64,000 nt of DNA, taken from Neophaeotheca triangularis (lineage: Eukaryota). Numbering within the stretch: position 1 is the first letter of the stretch; each line of letters begins with the position of its first letter. The notes beneath the pieces were generated by a model. The model made no database searches. It was given only the letters and a program-made list of their open reading frames with translations, and had not been told where the DNA came from. The position numbers and the translations under genes are program-made. This document shows, in pieces, positions 1 through 11,630 of the stretch. Location: NCBI GenBank assembly GCA_054600435.1, contig BAAIJX010000012.1:62001-126000 (forward strand). Reading direction: 5' to 3'.

Positions 1-115
1 TTTGAGGTAGCTGCACTAGTGTTGCTACGTTCTCTTCCGGGGGTGATGAGGACGACTCGGAAGCTTCGTATTTGTCCTCCATGTTGGTAAAGCTTTCGCT
101 AGCGACGGACCCCAT
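1..115 (-). CDS. Probable 5' end of a gene running off the left edge (MGSVASESFTNMEDKYEASESSSSPPEENVATLVQLPQ...)
   Basis: ATG at 115-113 in ATCATGG context; frame open to base 1; preceded on the minus strand by a CT-rich leader (about 150-280) and about 2.5 kb without a convincing gene. Product not identifiable. Confidence 0.45.
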   Translation of the reverse strand, partial: MGSVASESFTNMEDKYEASESSSSPPEENVATLVQLPQ

Positions 116-2656
116 GATGGCCGCAATCTCCGCGAAATCCTTTTGCGGGGGAGAAGAGGGAGAGCGAAGTCAAGTGTTATTGGCAATTTGGGTAGAGGGA
201 GAGAAAGATAAGGTCGGGGGAGTAGTGGCTAGACCAGAGGAAAGGGAAGCGAAGCAAAACGAAACGAAACAGCAAAGGGCAGCGCGCGATGCCAGGCGGG
301 TCTACCTCTCGTTATACACGGAAGTTCCCCACGACGAAGACAACGACGACGACGACGACGACGACATATGTAAGTGCCTACTACTAATGAGAGTTGTGTA
401 CAGTAATCCAAGGGACGAGTTATCTCCGGCTGGTGACTACTAGACACTTATTATTATTACTACTAGGGTCCCCACCACTGCGCACACGCCTTCAGGTCGC
501 CTAGCTTTCCAAATTGGACGTGCCAACCTGGAATGTGGATAATGATGGGGGGGGGGGGGAAGAAGGTCATCCACTGACATGCGGCGTCACATGCCTCGCT
601 CCAATAATCCAACCTGGAACTCACCTGCACCTGGCACCTGGGCACTCGGCTTACCTACGCGGGGAGTGGGGGTTAGTTACTAGTAGGCTAGGTAGGTAGG
701 TAAGGTACCTAGTGACTAGTGAGCCTGCAGGTACCACGAGGCAGTAGATGGCCCCTCCATGCCTCCATGCCCTCCCGCTCCCCTCCATAGCACAACCTTG
801 GCTAAATCGTTCTGTTTAGCGGGGAAACAGAAGTGATGGTGTGCAGGCAGCTACCTACCTAGGTACCGCTCGCTGTACGTACCGTGTACAAGTTAGCTAT
901 CCCGGCAAAGTGTCAGGTGTCGATTGGACGGCAACTTTATCATTATGATTTGAATAATCATTCAAACAGGTGCCGCAGAGTTTAACGGTACCCGTCTGCT
1001 TTGTAATTTGCTTCAGCTGGAGAAGTCCGCATCGTGTCGCCAGATTATTGACAACTCACACATTATTGGCGAGAAGGTGGAGAAAGTGACCTTGTTTACG
1101 CCCGCAAAAACGGTGGGCTGTAGGGGTTGCCCGCTTAGTGGGTTGGCTGGCGGGTGGGTTTTGATGTGGGACAGCTGGGGAAAAAGCTGGCAGATGGTCG
1201 CTTGTAGCGCCTTGATTGGGAGTCTGCGCCGCTCTCGCTGAGTCGTTTCCCAAGCCGTTCTAGTCCTAACCGCCGAGACGTATCGACATCTTCTCTCGAG
1301 TACTACTATTCAAGCACTTATAAGTGAGTCGAGTCGAGCCTCGTGTTTCCGTTTAGAGGTGGGTAGAGAGAGGTAGCCGAGGTTAGAGTTCGCTGTCGCA
1401 TTGGTCCATGGCGAAGTATACCATACCTACTACTGTATCGTCCGACGTATCGACCTTGTTCATCATCAGTAGTAGCATCCAATCACATGTACCGTTCGCG
1501 CCTTGCTGCACGGCTCATCCATCATCTCTTGATCTCCCTCCTGTCCGCCTTATACATAATAATGCGGCGCAGTGCACAGATGATGAGGACGAGCATAAGT
1601 CGGAAGCGTGATTTGATGGTGGCTTTTTCAGCGACGCCTCGGAGATTCGCCAGCAGTGGTACTTCTACTTCTTCCTAAAACCATCCTCACCCTCACTCTT
1701 TCTCGAGTAATGCCGGACTTCCCGCTGCCGCTACAGTAGGTACCTAGTCTACTTTTGAGGTGGCCGATGGAGAGCCCCAGAAAGACGTCCGACCCCGGAC
1801 CTCCGATCGCCACGGGCGAAAGGGCGGGCGCGACTAAGGTTGACTTCCATCTACCTCCTAGCGGGCTCGAGTGACATTGCCGGCTTGGCTTGCCGTCTCC
1901 TCCATACAGTAGTAGCATACACTTTCGAGTGCGAACCAGGCCACGGTTTAGTAGTTATTATCCGACAGCTCCGGCCTCCAGATCGATGGTGCCGGAGTGA
2001 AGTGGAAACGCTCGTGTGCCGGTTAACGTTTCGAAAGGCGTAACGTTAATAATGGTTTCCCGATAATACGAATCGATCGACGTTGCGTGCGAGTCGAGTC
2101 GACGTTGTTGTTGCGCTCTGGATGGTCGTGTGCTCGTCAAGTCGTCACACTGGACCTGCTCTAGGTCTTTGACAGAAGTAAGATTCGTCTTCGCTGCGAG
2201 AAAGCTGCACGCGGGTACCCACCTTCCTTCTAGAACCTTAGGTGGTTACATTTATACATACAGTAGTACATAGTAAGTACACACCTACAGTACATACAGT
2301 AGTAACACGTTATTCCCGAAGGATCGGGACCCGGAGGTTGTGTCGACCGATTCACTTTGTCGTGGAGTCTACCGTCTACCTCCTACACAAGGCAGCTCCT
2401 CGAGCCCCACGAGTACACGTCCTTGGGATAGCTCACACCGTCCACGAAGAGGTTCTAGATGCCTCACCGCCATCCGCTGCCAGCCCGCTCAGATCTCTCA
2501 GAGCGTCATTGCCAGGCTAGTCTAGTTTGTTCACAATGGCGATAGGCTCGGTTGACTCGAAACTCCAAGTGTATCAAGGGAACAGACTGTCCGAGAATCG
2601 CTCTGTCGGGGTATCGATAATACCAAAGCAAAAGCCTCCAATAACATCCACTACGA

Positions 2657-3774
2657 TCAGGCCTTCTTCACGTGGCCATTGGCCGTGGCCGCATTCTTCT
2701 TCTTCACCACAAAAGGTATACTCGTGAATAGGCTGGGCCAGACCAATTCATACTCATCCTGTCGCCCATTCAAACAGTGTCTGAGCCAAATCCCCCACGT
2801 AATGTAAAAGTACCTGGAAACCCAAGTCAGCAAATCACTCCGCACAAATCAAAGGCAAGACTGGACAAAGGGAGCCAACTCACGCGCCCAGCCCGGTCAT
2901 AAGATGCCACCACCCATGGCCCTCGAGCAGAATCCCCCAAGGCAGCCCCACCTCTCTCCTCCAAACTCGCAAACTCCCACAAAACGCATTATCCAGATTC
3001 CAGATCGCGAAGCCACCGAGAAAGACTGTCAAGCCGGTCGCAACCATCGTCCACATCAATTTCAAGACCTCGCGATCCCGCTCATCCTGCCGCTCCTCCT
3101 CGCCCTTGCTCGTGCTCTTCCTCACCGCCACGGTTTGTCCCCGCAATTCTCTGCGTTTGCGGAAGTGTGGCCGAATGCGCGTTTCCATTATGTACATGCT
3201 GCGGAGCAAGACGATTGCCGTTAGGATGGCGTAAGCGTTTTGGTGGAACGCCGGGTCTTGCAGGTAGTGGTAGTAGGCCGTGATGAAGATGGCGAGCGCC
3301 GCAAGAGCTATGGCGAGCATCGTTTGTACGAATGGCGTGCGCGTGTGCGCAAAGGTGGCCCAGCACATCAGGCAGGTTGTGTAGATCATTGAGAGCTCGT
3401 CGACGAGTTGCATGGGATCTGTGTGAGCGGAAAGGGGATGCGGATTAGCCGGAGCGCATAGGATTTGTACTATGTTTAGGGAACTCGTTCATACATTTCA
3501 GCGAGGCGTGGAAGGCGCCGCTACCAGTGCCGACGACCAGGTAGCCGATGAAGGTAATAAAGAAGATGGTCTCATGGCCGTGCTTGAGGCAGTTTTTCAT
3601 GCCCCGGAAGGCGAGCACAATGAAGAGGATGTTCGTGATGGTATTTACGATCTCGGCGGCGTAGACGGTCGCATAGTAGTCCTCTTCGCACCAGTTTAGG
3701 GTGGACGTTACGGGCGCCCAGTAGCCATCTTCACGAGCTGGTCCGTATGGGATTGATGGCAGCCAGGTCGGCAT
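2657..3774 (-). CDS. Alkaline ceramidase (Ypc1/Ydc1-like, CREST family), 3 exons
   Basis: Exons 3774-3495, 3418-2884, 2813-2657 joined by GT-AG introns. Motifs WAPVTSTLNWCEEDY, GSGAFHASLKYPMQLVDELSM, LEGHGWWHLMTG; multiple TM segments. Confidence 0.93.
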
Positions 3775-4241
3775 TTTCCCAGCGACCTATGCAGGGCAAG
3801 CAAGCTTCTCGGCTAGACCTTCAGAGGTTGCGGAGTCTCGAGTCGTTGTGTATGGTGGTTGCCAGGTTGGTGCTGCTGTCGGTAGCGAGCGCAATGGGAA
3901 CAGACGTCCCTTTTCCTATGGTTTTAACGGTAGTCGTGATGGGGTTTGCCTGTGGTCGAGCAATGAAAGGCCTAAAGTTTGAAGCTGAGCTTGCTTTGGC
4001 TCTTGCCGCGGCGCTCGTCACTCTGCATACATTTACTTGCACGTGCAAAATATTATCACTTTGGCTCGAGCATCAGCGGGGTTGCACAAAATCGTTAGCC
4101 GTTTGCTTATTATGCAAGGCGCGTGAAACCGTCCGATAATCGATAACAACCTTGAGATCCGGCCTTAGACGTGCCTTTTTATCCAGAACACCCACGACCA
4201 GTACCCAAGACTGCCACATCTCATATAGACTAAGACCAGCC

Positions 4242-4750
4242 ATGGCGATTCCTAACGAGAAGCTGCAGCAGGTGAGTCCCAAGCTCGAAGAACGGGACAG
4301 AAAGCAGTAACATCTCTGACCCATCAACCTCAGCTCCTCCAAGAAATCGAACAAAAAGCCGCCTTCGCGCAACAGCAACTCGGCATCGTACGCGGGCAAA
4401 TGGCAGCCAAAAAGCGCGAAGAGCGCATGTTGCAACTCTCCACCGTTGAGCTCAACGCCCTGCCCCAGGAAACCCCTGTCTACGATGGCGTGGGCAAGAT
4501 GTACGCAAGACATTCCCACACACGCTACCGCGCCGTCGACATAATCTCTAGGTGAGGCTGGTTTGCTAACGTAGCTGCGGCAAATAGGTTCGTCGCCATG
4601 TCGATTCCGGACGTCAAGACGAGGCAGGCCAAGGAGGCTGAGGATGTGAAGAAGGCGATTGCGGATTTGGAGAAGAAGTTGCATTATCTGGAGACGACTT
4701 ATAAGAATAGTAGGGAGCACATGGAGGCTTTGTTTAAGAGGGGAGGATGA
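4242..4750 (+). CDS. PFD1: Prefoldin subunit 1 (beta-type), 3 exons
   Basis: Not in the ORF track. Exons 4242-4271, 4334-4500, 4589-4750 give MAIPNEKLQQLLQEIEQKAAFAQQQLGIVRGQ...PVYDGVGKMFVAMS...LEKKLHYLETTYKNSREHMEALFKRGG*; YxGVGKMF hairpin between coiled coils; canonical splice sites. Confidence 0.9.
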
Positions 4751-5764
4751 ACGTCGGCCCCGGTCATAGGGGATGCGAGGCTGTTTGCTGCGAAGGGAGC
4801 TTGTGCTGTGTTTGGATGGGGAAAGCCAAGGGGCCGTCTGGAGAGCGTGGTTCCCATGAGACGATGCAGGCAGGCCCGGCCTAGAGCACTGTGTGGAGAT
4901 GACGCTCGAATCGCTCCAAGGACAAGAATCCAAAGATTCTCCTCGACGACCGAAATCTAATGGCTGCAAGTGCTCCAAGGACTACTAGAAGATGCGCACC
5001 ACGAATATACGACTCAAAAGCACGATGATCACCAGCTGCAATCGGCGTTGGCAGCACAACGGGGGATATTGCGTACAGGTGGATGGTCTCTCGAAATGCT
5101 TTTGAATGCAAAGCATTGTTACAGAGCTGAGCATAGGGACCCATTCTTTCCGATGGGATAGATCTAAATTGCATAACCCTCCCCCATCAACGTTCCTCTC
5201 ATGCTTTCAACGTTCTTCGGAGCATCTCCTGAAGGATACCTGCAAACTCGACCTGATGTATCGTGGCAGAATTTGATAATGTATTGCGACAAATGCGCAG
5301 CGCTCCTAGCGGAGGTGAGGGGAACTGTAAAACTATACGCGTGATTCCGAGTGTCTGTTGTTGAGGCCTTTCAAGATTGTGAATGAAACCGACAAAGCAC
5401 ACAGAAAACGTCCAAACATTAGCGTTACGCGAAACTGGCCAATTGGCTCTTGGCAAAGCTCGAATACTCGCCGGCCTTTACATCAACCACCTGCATTATT
5501 CTCACCACTCGTACAATGTAGCACTTGCTAACCTATACCTACAATTCCTGACAAAAACGTTCCGCAAATCTCTACAACATTCCGAACATCCTTTCAGGAA
5601 CATCGGCATTTTCAGACTGTCAGTGCTGCTTGGACGAAAGGCCTGCTGGCGTGATCCGTGCTTGTACATTCGAAAGAAGCCGAACAGCTTCAACGACATC
5701 TTCTAGGCCAAGTACATCTTTCTCTGTTTCGTTTGTACTTTTGTTTCTTTCCACTAGTCTCACT

Positions 5765-7684
5765 ATGCGCGTTGCTGCTGGGAGGACCGCACTGTGTGCA
5801 CGAGCAGTGCTTACTGCGGCCCCCAGACGACCAGTCCGTACGCCCGTTCGCCAACACTATTTGAGCCTCCAACGGGCACACTCCACGATACCCGGCCTAT
5901 TGACAACTCCAGCAAATCACGGAAGATGTCGCAAAGATTCGCCAATTGCACGTTCCTCAAGCTCGCAACAAGCCCGACCTCTGCACAACCCAACCGACCC
6001 CCCCAACCACCTAGCCCTCCACGAAGAGCACACGCGCGCCGTTGCTCAGATCTCCGCGACCGTTAAAGATTTCCACTCTCGTGGCGAAAAGTTTCGCATC
6101 TTTCATGGATCGACAAACAGCACGCGGAAATCGGCCATGGGCAAAGACCCGCGCAAAGTTGTGGATACTAGCAGTTTGAAACATGTGATATCCGTGGATC
6201 TAGACAGAAAGACGGCGCTAGTGGAGCCAAATGTTGCTATGGATGAGTTGGTGGCGGCGACATTGGAGTACGGGCTTGTGCCGCCCGTGGTCATGGAGTA
6301 AGAGCATCGCTTTTCTGATGGGCATGAGGGCTTGAGTTGGAAGTGGGATGCTGATGTTTGTGTTGCAGATTTCCGGGGATCACTGTTGGAGGCGGCTATG
6401 CGGGGACGGCAGGGGAGAGCAGCTCTTTCAGACATGGGTATTTCGATCGGACTTTGAATAGGGTTGAGATGGTTCTTGCGAATGGTGAGGTTGTTTCGTG
6501 CTCTGAGGGCGAGCGCGAGGATCTGTTTCGGGGAGCGGCGGGTGCGGTGGGTACTCTGGGGGTGGTTACGCTGGTGGAGATACAGTTGCAGAAAGCTGCG
6601 AAGTTTGTCGAGACTACTTACCATCCGGTTGGGAGCATGGACGAGGCGATACAAAAGCTAAGGAGTCTTACGCAAGAGTCGGAGGGTGCTGCTGACTACG
6701 TTGATGGGGTCATGTACTCGCAAGACAGCGGTGTAATCGTCACAGGACGTCTGACTGACGAGCCCTCGGACGATCTACCCGTCCAATGCTTCAGCGGAGC
6801 AGCGGACCCTTGGTTCTATCTGCACGCACAGGAGCAAGTCAAGAGGGGCAAACCGGTACAAGAAGCGGTACCCCTGCCAGAATACCTCTTCAGATACGAC
6901 CGCGGCGGCTTCTGGGCAAGTCGCAAGGCCCCTCCAAATAGCTCAGCACTTCCCTCACTAACAACCTCCCCCACAGGTCGGCAAATCCGCATTCAATTAC
7001 TTCCCTGGCATCCCCTTCACCAACTGGACCCGTCGCTTCCTCGACGACTTCCTGCACACCCGCATGCTCTACAACGCCCTCCACGGCAGCGGGCAGTCCC
7101 AACGCCTCATCGTCCAAGACCTCGCTCTGCCCTACTCCGCCGCCAAGGACTTTGTGAGTTTCACCGACCAGCGCTTCGGCATCTGGCCTTTGTGGCTCTG
7201 TCCCTTACGCCAAAGCCCCTACCCAACCATGCATCCCCACCTTCGGGAAGCGCGATCTAGAAACGAGCCGTTGGAACCTATGCTCAACATTGGCTTGTGG
7301 GGCGAGAGCCAAGCCCGCAACGAGAACTTTGTGCAAGCAAACCGCGAGCTCGAGGCGAAATTGCAAGAGCTCGGGGGTATGAAGTGGCTGTACGCGCAAG
7401 TATACGCCGGGGAAGAAGAATTCTGGAAGGATTTCGACCAGCAGTGGTATCACGCTCTGCGCGAGAAGTATCACGCCACGTCGCTGCCGAGCGTGTTCGA
7501 AAAAGTCTGCGTCGATCCTGAGGCGGAGAGGAAGGCTGCTGCGGACGCTTCGTGGGGCAAGAGGTTACTGGCGAGTTGGCCGCTAGCGGGAGCTTTGGGG
7601 TTGCGGCGCGCGATTCAGAGTCGGGATTATTTGAGGGCCAGGGATCCACCTTGGAAGAAGTGGGCTGAAAGCGGCAAGAGCTGA
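5765..7684 (+). CDS. FAD-linked oxidoreductase, DHCR24/DWF1-like, paralog A, 3 exons, Arg-rich N-terminal presequence
   Basis: Exons 5765-6297, 6369-6915, 6977-7684 stitch three ORF-track fragments. Motifs FHGSTNSTR, VEPNVAMD, VVMEFPGITVGGGYAGTAGESSSFRHG, YLFRYDRGGFWVG, VQDLALP, WPLWLCPL, GGMKWLYA. Second intron is GC-AG. Confidence 0.9.
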
Positions 7685-9646
7685 GCGATACGTTGGAGAC
7701 GCTGGTGCAGTAATAGGTGGTGGCTGGCACGGTTCGGCTTTGAAGCACTTATCAGCCAGGTGCCTGCACTGAGAGAAGGTGGCATCGAGGCATTTGACGA
7801 TATCGTGCACGCTACAGGGTAGCTCGTGAAGCAATCTTTCGGATACCATGGCGAGAAACCGTACAGTTATCGCAACTGTTCGAAAACGACTTTCCAACAT
7901 CCAAAATACTGGTGAGTTCGAGAGCGAAGCCCAAATCCTCAAGACTCGCGGCGTTGTCACGTTTCCGTTAGACGAAGTTTACGAGCAGCGTTGGCCTTCA
8001 CGGATGCGGAATGGGGAATCGCACGGTCTTGTATGCGCTTGCGGGTATCTCTCCCAATGCCAACACACTCGAGCAAAAAGTAAAATCTAGCGGCGCAATA
8101 GAAAACAGCGGCTGCCATCATGGGAAGCAATAATCTCAGCGGCGCTCGAAACCTGGGGTCTTTCTGCATGGAGTTGTTCCGGATATTTTCAAGAAAGCCA
8201 CCGAAGCCTCTTCCCCTTCGAGAACCTGGGCACATTGGCTTGCTTCCCGTTCCCGAGGGGAAAGGCAGGTCGTGGTCTCTAAGCCAGGGGTGCAAGTGAT
8301 ACACGAACTATTCGGTCAGTAGGTAGAATACCACGACACCGAGGATCGTGGCGAATGACACTCGCCATGGCACTTGCTCAGCTTTTGTCGCGAACCAGAT
8401 ATCCCACCAAGCGAAGTAAAGGCTGCATAAACGCAGTCCACGACGTCCAGGGCAAAAATTTCGGACTGGGAGAGTTCAAGTCAAATGTCGTTGGGAATGT
8501 GAGGGATCGGTCGCGCCGCCGGTCGAAGGCCCAGCAAGCGCGCTAATCCCATGGCCCTCAGCAAACCCATGAAGAAACTTTATCTGTAGCACCGTGATTA
8601 GTCTAAGGAGTACATCGACCTTGTTACGATCCCGGATGGCTCGGGACAAGTCTGATCAGGCCTGAGGATAAAGTAGTCCCTTCTGGGAGATGTGCTCGTG
8701 GGCGATCAAGTAATGGGGTTGCTTTAAATCGACCGGAAATTGCGGGCATTCTTCGCCCTGGAAGGCCATTTGCAGCACAAAACCGCCCCTATCTGCCCGC
8801 AGAAAGATTGTGAACGAACACGTCCATGATATCCAGCCTGCCTTGCCTTCTTAGTGGCTGGGTCCAGCCTTGTGTTGTCAGCTCGGAACCGTTTGGTGCA
8901 GCGAGCTCGATTAGTTTCGACGGAGTTGTGCTAGGGGGATTGCTGAGGACAGGCTAGGGGATCGAAAAGAGCACAATGGCTATGAGTGCTAGGCAATCCA
9001 TCGAAACGTGAATATAAGGACTCCGCTGAGCTGGTTGCGACAGGGCGATCGAGGGTTGGTGTCCTGGACTACCGAGTAGCACTAACGGGATACCGTCAAA
9101 GGTCGGCATTCAATTCCCCTTTTCGCCCTGGATCTCTTCATCTGAAGACCTCCCCCAAGTAAACGAACACCTTCATCATGTAGGCAAGACCTATTCATGG
9201 TATGATGACTTTGACCAAAGCTCAAAGCCGTGATATGAGAAGCCTCGAAGTCCAAGTCTCAGCCTCGTTTCTTACTCTATACAACTCGTTTCCAAACGTC
9301 CTCTACAACGCCATGCTATATCAGTTGGAAAGCGACGTAGCCGAGTATTAAATGTACTCTGAAATTGCATTGAATGATGAGACCTGTTTACGAGACCTCC
9401 TCTTGGCACTTCCCAATTGACCCAAGACCCACTTAATGATGATTAAGACAATATGACTGGCCAATGTCAAAAGCTGGCGACCTCTGTAGCAACTCTGTAG
9501 ATTCTATGCTGGCGCTCCTCTGAATAATTTATAACAGTCAATTGATAGGTACTATACAGCTCCGTCTCTGATATTCAGTTCGCCAGTGGCTAACGATAAT
9601 CTGCAGCGGCAGCCATTTGTATCAGCACTACGAACTGCCCCCTCCA

Positions 9647-11227
9647 ATGGCATCGTTATCTGCAGCACAACATCAAATCGTTCCATCGGAATCGCCCCAT
9701 TTCGAGCTTGGGAAAAGCGGAAGCCATACCAAACCGGCGACAGAGCATGAAACCCGCGTCAAGCAGATTGCGGACTCGGTATGGCGATTCTCAGAGCGCG
9801 GCGAGCAGTACAGAATCTACCATGGATCCACAAACACCACCAGGAAAACCCAGCTGTCGCGCGCAGGCGTTGTGGATACCAGCGGACTGACCGAAGTTTT
9901 GTCGATTGACAAGGAGAAGATGGTTGCCGTTGTAGAGCCCAATGTTTCGATGGAGAAGCTTGCCGACGCCACCCTCGAAGTCGGTCTCGTGCCCCAAGTA
10001 GTTATGGAATTCCGTGAGATCACCGTGGGAGGCGGTTTCGCCGGCACAGCGGGCGAGAGCAGTAGTTTCAGGTTCGGCCTCTTCGACAATACCATCAGCG
10101 AGATAGAGATCGTGCTGCCCTCAAGCCAAGTCCTCACTGTTTCCGCCGACGTACGTCCAGACCTTTTTCGCGCGGCTGCTGGGTCCTTTGGAACGTTCGG
10201 AGTCATCACTCTCTTGACAGTGCGGCTTGTGGAAGCTAAACCCTATGTGGAACTGACATATTCACCTGTCGCGGGCATGGAAGAGGCCGTGCGGAAGATA
10301 GAAAACTTGCAAGACGATCACGACACCGAGTACCTCGAGGGCATCATGTTCGGCCGTAACAAAGGGCTCATCATCCACGGCCGCAAAACGGCCAAAGTCG
10401 ACCAAGACCTGCGTTGCCAGCAATACCTGCGAGCCACCGACCCCTGGTTCTACCTCCGAGCAGAAGAAATCCACGGCCAAAGCCTCGACGACTTCCGCGA
10501 GCTCGTGCCCCTCAAAGACTACCTCTTCCGCTACGATCGCGGCGCCTTCTGGGGCGGCAAATACGCTTTCCAATACTTCCTCACCCCCTTCAACGCCCTG
10601 ACGCGCTACCTGCTCGACTCCTTCATGCAGACCAAAACAATGTACCACGCCATGCACAAGAGCCGCATGTCGGACCACTACATCGTGCAGGACATTGGCT
10701 TCCCGTACGCAACCGCGAGCGCCTTCATCGACCACCTAGACGCAGCCTGGGGCTACTACCCGCTCTGGCTGTGCCCGCTGCGCATGTCGCGCCACATGTC
10801 GCCGCAACCGCGCCGCTTTGCCGCTTTCGAGCCCGGCGCCCGCAGCCCCGGCATGATGCTCAACATCGGCATCTGGGGCCCGGGCCCGGCGCGCTACGAC
10901 GACTTCGTCACCGCCAACCGCCGCCTCGAGCGCAAGACTGCCGAGCTGGGCGGCCTCAAGTGCTTCTACGCCCAGGCTTTCTACACGCCCGATGAGTTCT
11001 GGGCGCTGTACGATAGGGAGTGCTATGACGGCTTGAGGGCCAAGTACGGGGCCGAGCGCTTGCCGAGCGTGTATCAGAAGGTGAATGTGGATTTGACGGG
11101 GCGGGTGCCGCGGGCTCGGCAGGGCTGGGGCGCTTGGTTGTATGAGAGTTTCAAGGAGCAGTGGCCTGTGAGGGGCGTGTATGGCGTTTTTTGTGTGCTG
11201 ACGGGGAAGGATTATTTGTTTAAGTAG
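9647..11227 (+). CDS. FAD-linked oxidoreductase, DHCR24/DWF1-like, paralog B, intronless
   Basis: First ATG at 9647 within ORF 9617-11227. Same motif series as paralog A: YHGSTNTTR, VEPNVSME, ITVGGGFAGTAGESSSFRFG, YLFRYDRGAFWGG, YPLWLCPL, GGLKCFYA. Confidence 0.92.
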   Translation: MASLSAAQHQIVPSESPHFELGKSGSHTKPATEHETRVKQIADSVWRFSERGEQYRIYHGSTNTTRKTQLSRAGVVDTSGLTEVLSIDKEKMVAVVEPNVSMEKLADATLEVGLVPQVVMEFREITVGGGFAGTAGESSSFRFGLFDNTISEIEIVLPSSQVLTVSADVRPDLFRAAAGSFGTFGVITLLTVRLVEAKPYVELTYSPVAGMEEAVRKIENLQDDHDTEYLEGIMFGRNKGLIIHGRKTAKVDQDLRCQQYLRATDPWFYLRAEEIHGQSLDDFRELVPLKDYLFRYDRGAFWGGKYAFQYFLTPFNALTRYLLDSFMQTKTMYHAMHKSRMSDHYIVQDIGFPYATASAFIDHLDAAWGYYPLWLCPLRMSRHMSPQPRRFAAFEPGARSPGMMLNIGIWGPGPARYDDFVTANRRLERKTAELGGLKCFYAQAFYTPDEFWALYDRECYDGLRAKYGAERLPSVYQKVNVDLTGRVPRARQGWGAWLYESFKEQWPVRGVYGVFCVLTGKDYLFK

Positions 11228-11630
11228 GTTTTGGGACCTGTGGGGTGGGGTGCTGAGGTGGAAGTACCTATGCTGTTTGTAGAGTTGGGGATTTATCGGT
11301 GGGGCCCGTTATGAAGGGTAGGTAGTGGAGGCATTGTGATTGTTGGTTGAGTAGCGACACCGGAAGGCAAGTGAGCGGATACAGTTTGAGATCGGTATTT
11401 AATGGGAGAGGGGCTGTGAGCTGAAAGGGCAACTTGGGCATGATGTACTCGCTAGTAGAGCGACGACATGTTTAACAGCCAGACCAAGACTTGACGTAGG
11501 GGAGTTCAACGTAGAGAGCTACACATGTAGCTACTGTAAAACCAAAAGACAAAGCACTCAAGGCAAAGCAAGCCAATTAACCAATACATGCGCCCCTCAA
11601 ACTCTCACACACCCACCTCAAGCGCCGCAT

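Noticed and set aside
72..443. 123-aa plus-strand ORF with a poly-Asp run
   Set aside because: Starts at TTG, the acidic run comes from a GAC microsatellite, and it lies antisense to the probable leader of the minus-strand gene at the left edge.
4073..4978. 301-aa minus-strand ORF
   Set aside because: Antisense shadow of the spliced prefoldin 1 gene; no recognisable motif.
9200..9525. Three ATGATGA (box C-like) words with downstream CTGA, suggesting C/D snoRNAs
   Set aside because: No convincing terminal stems or rRNA-complementary guide by eye; snoscan or Infernal would be needed.
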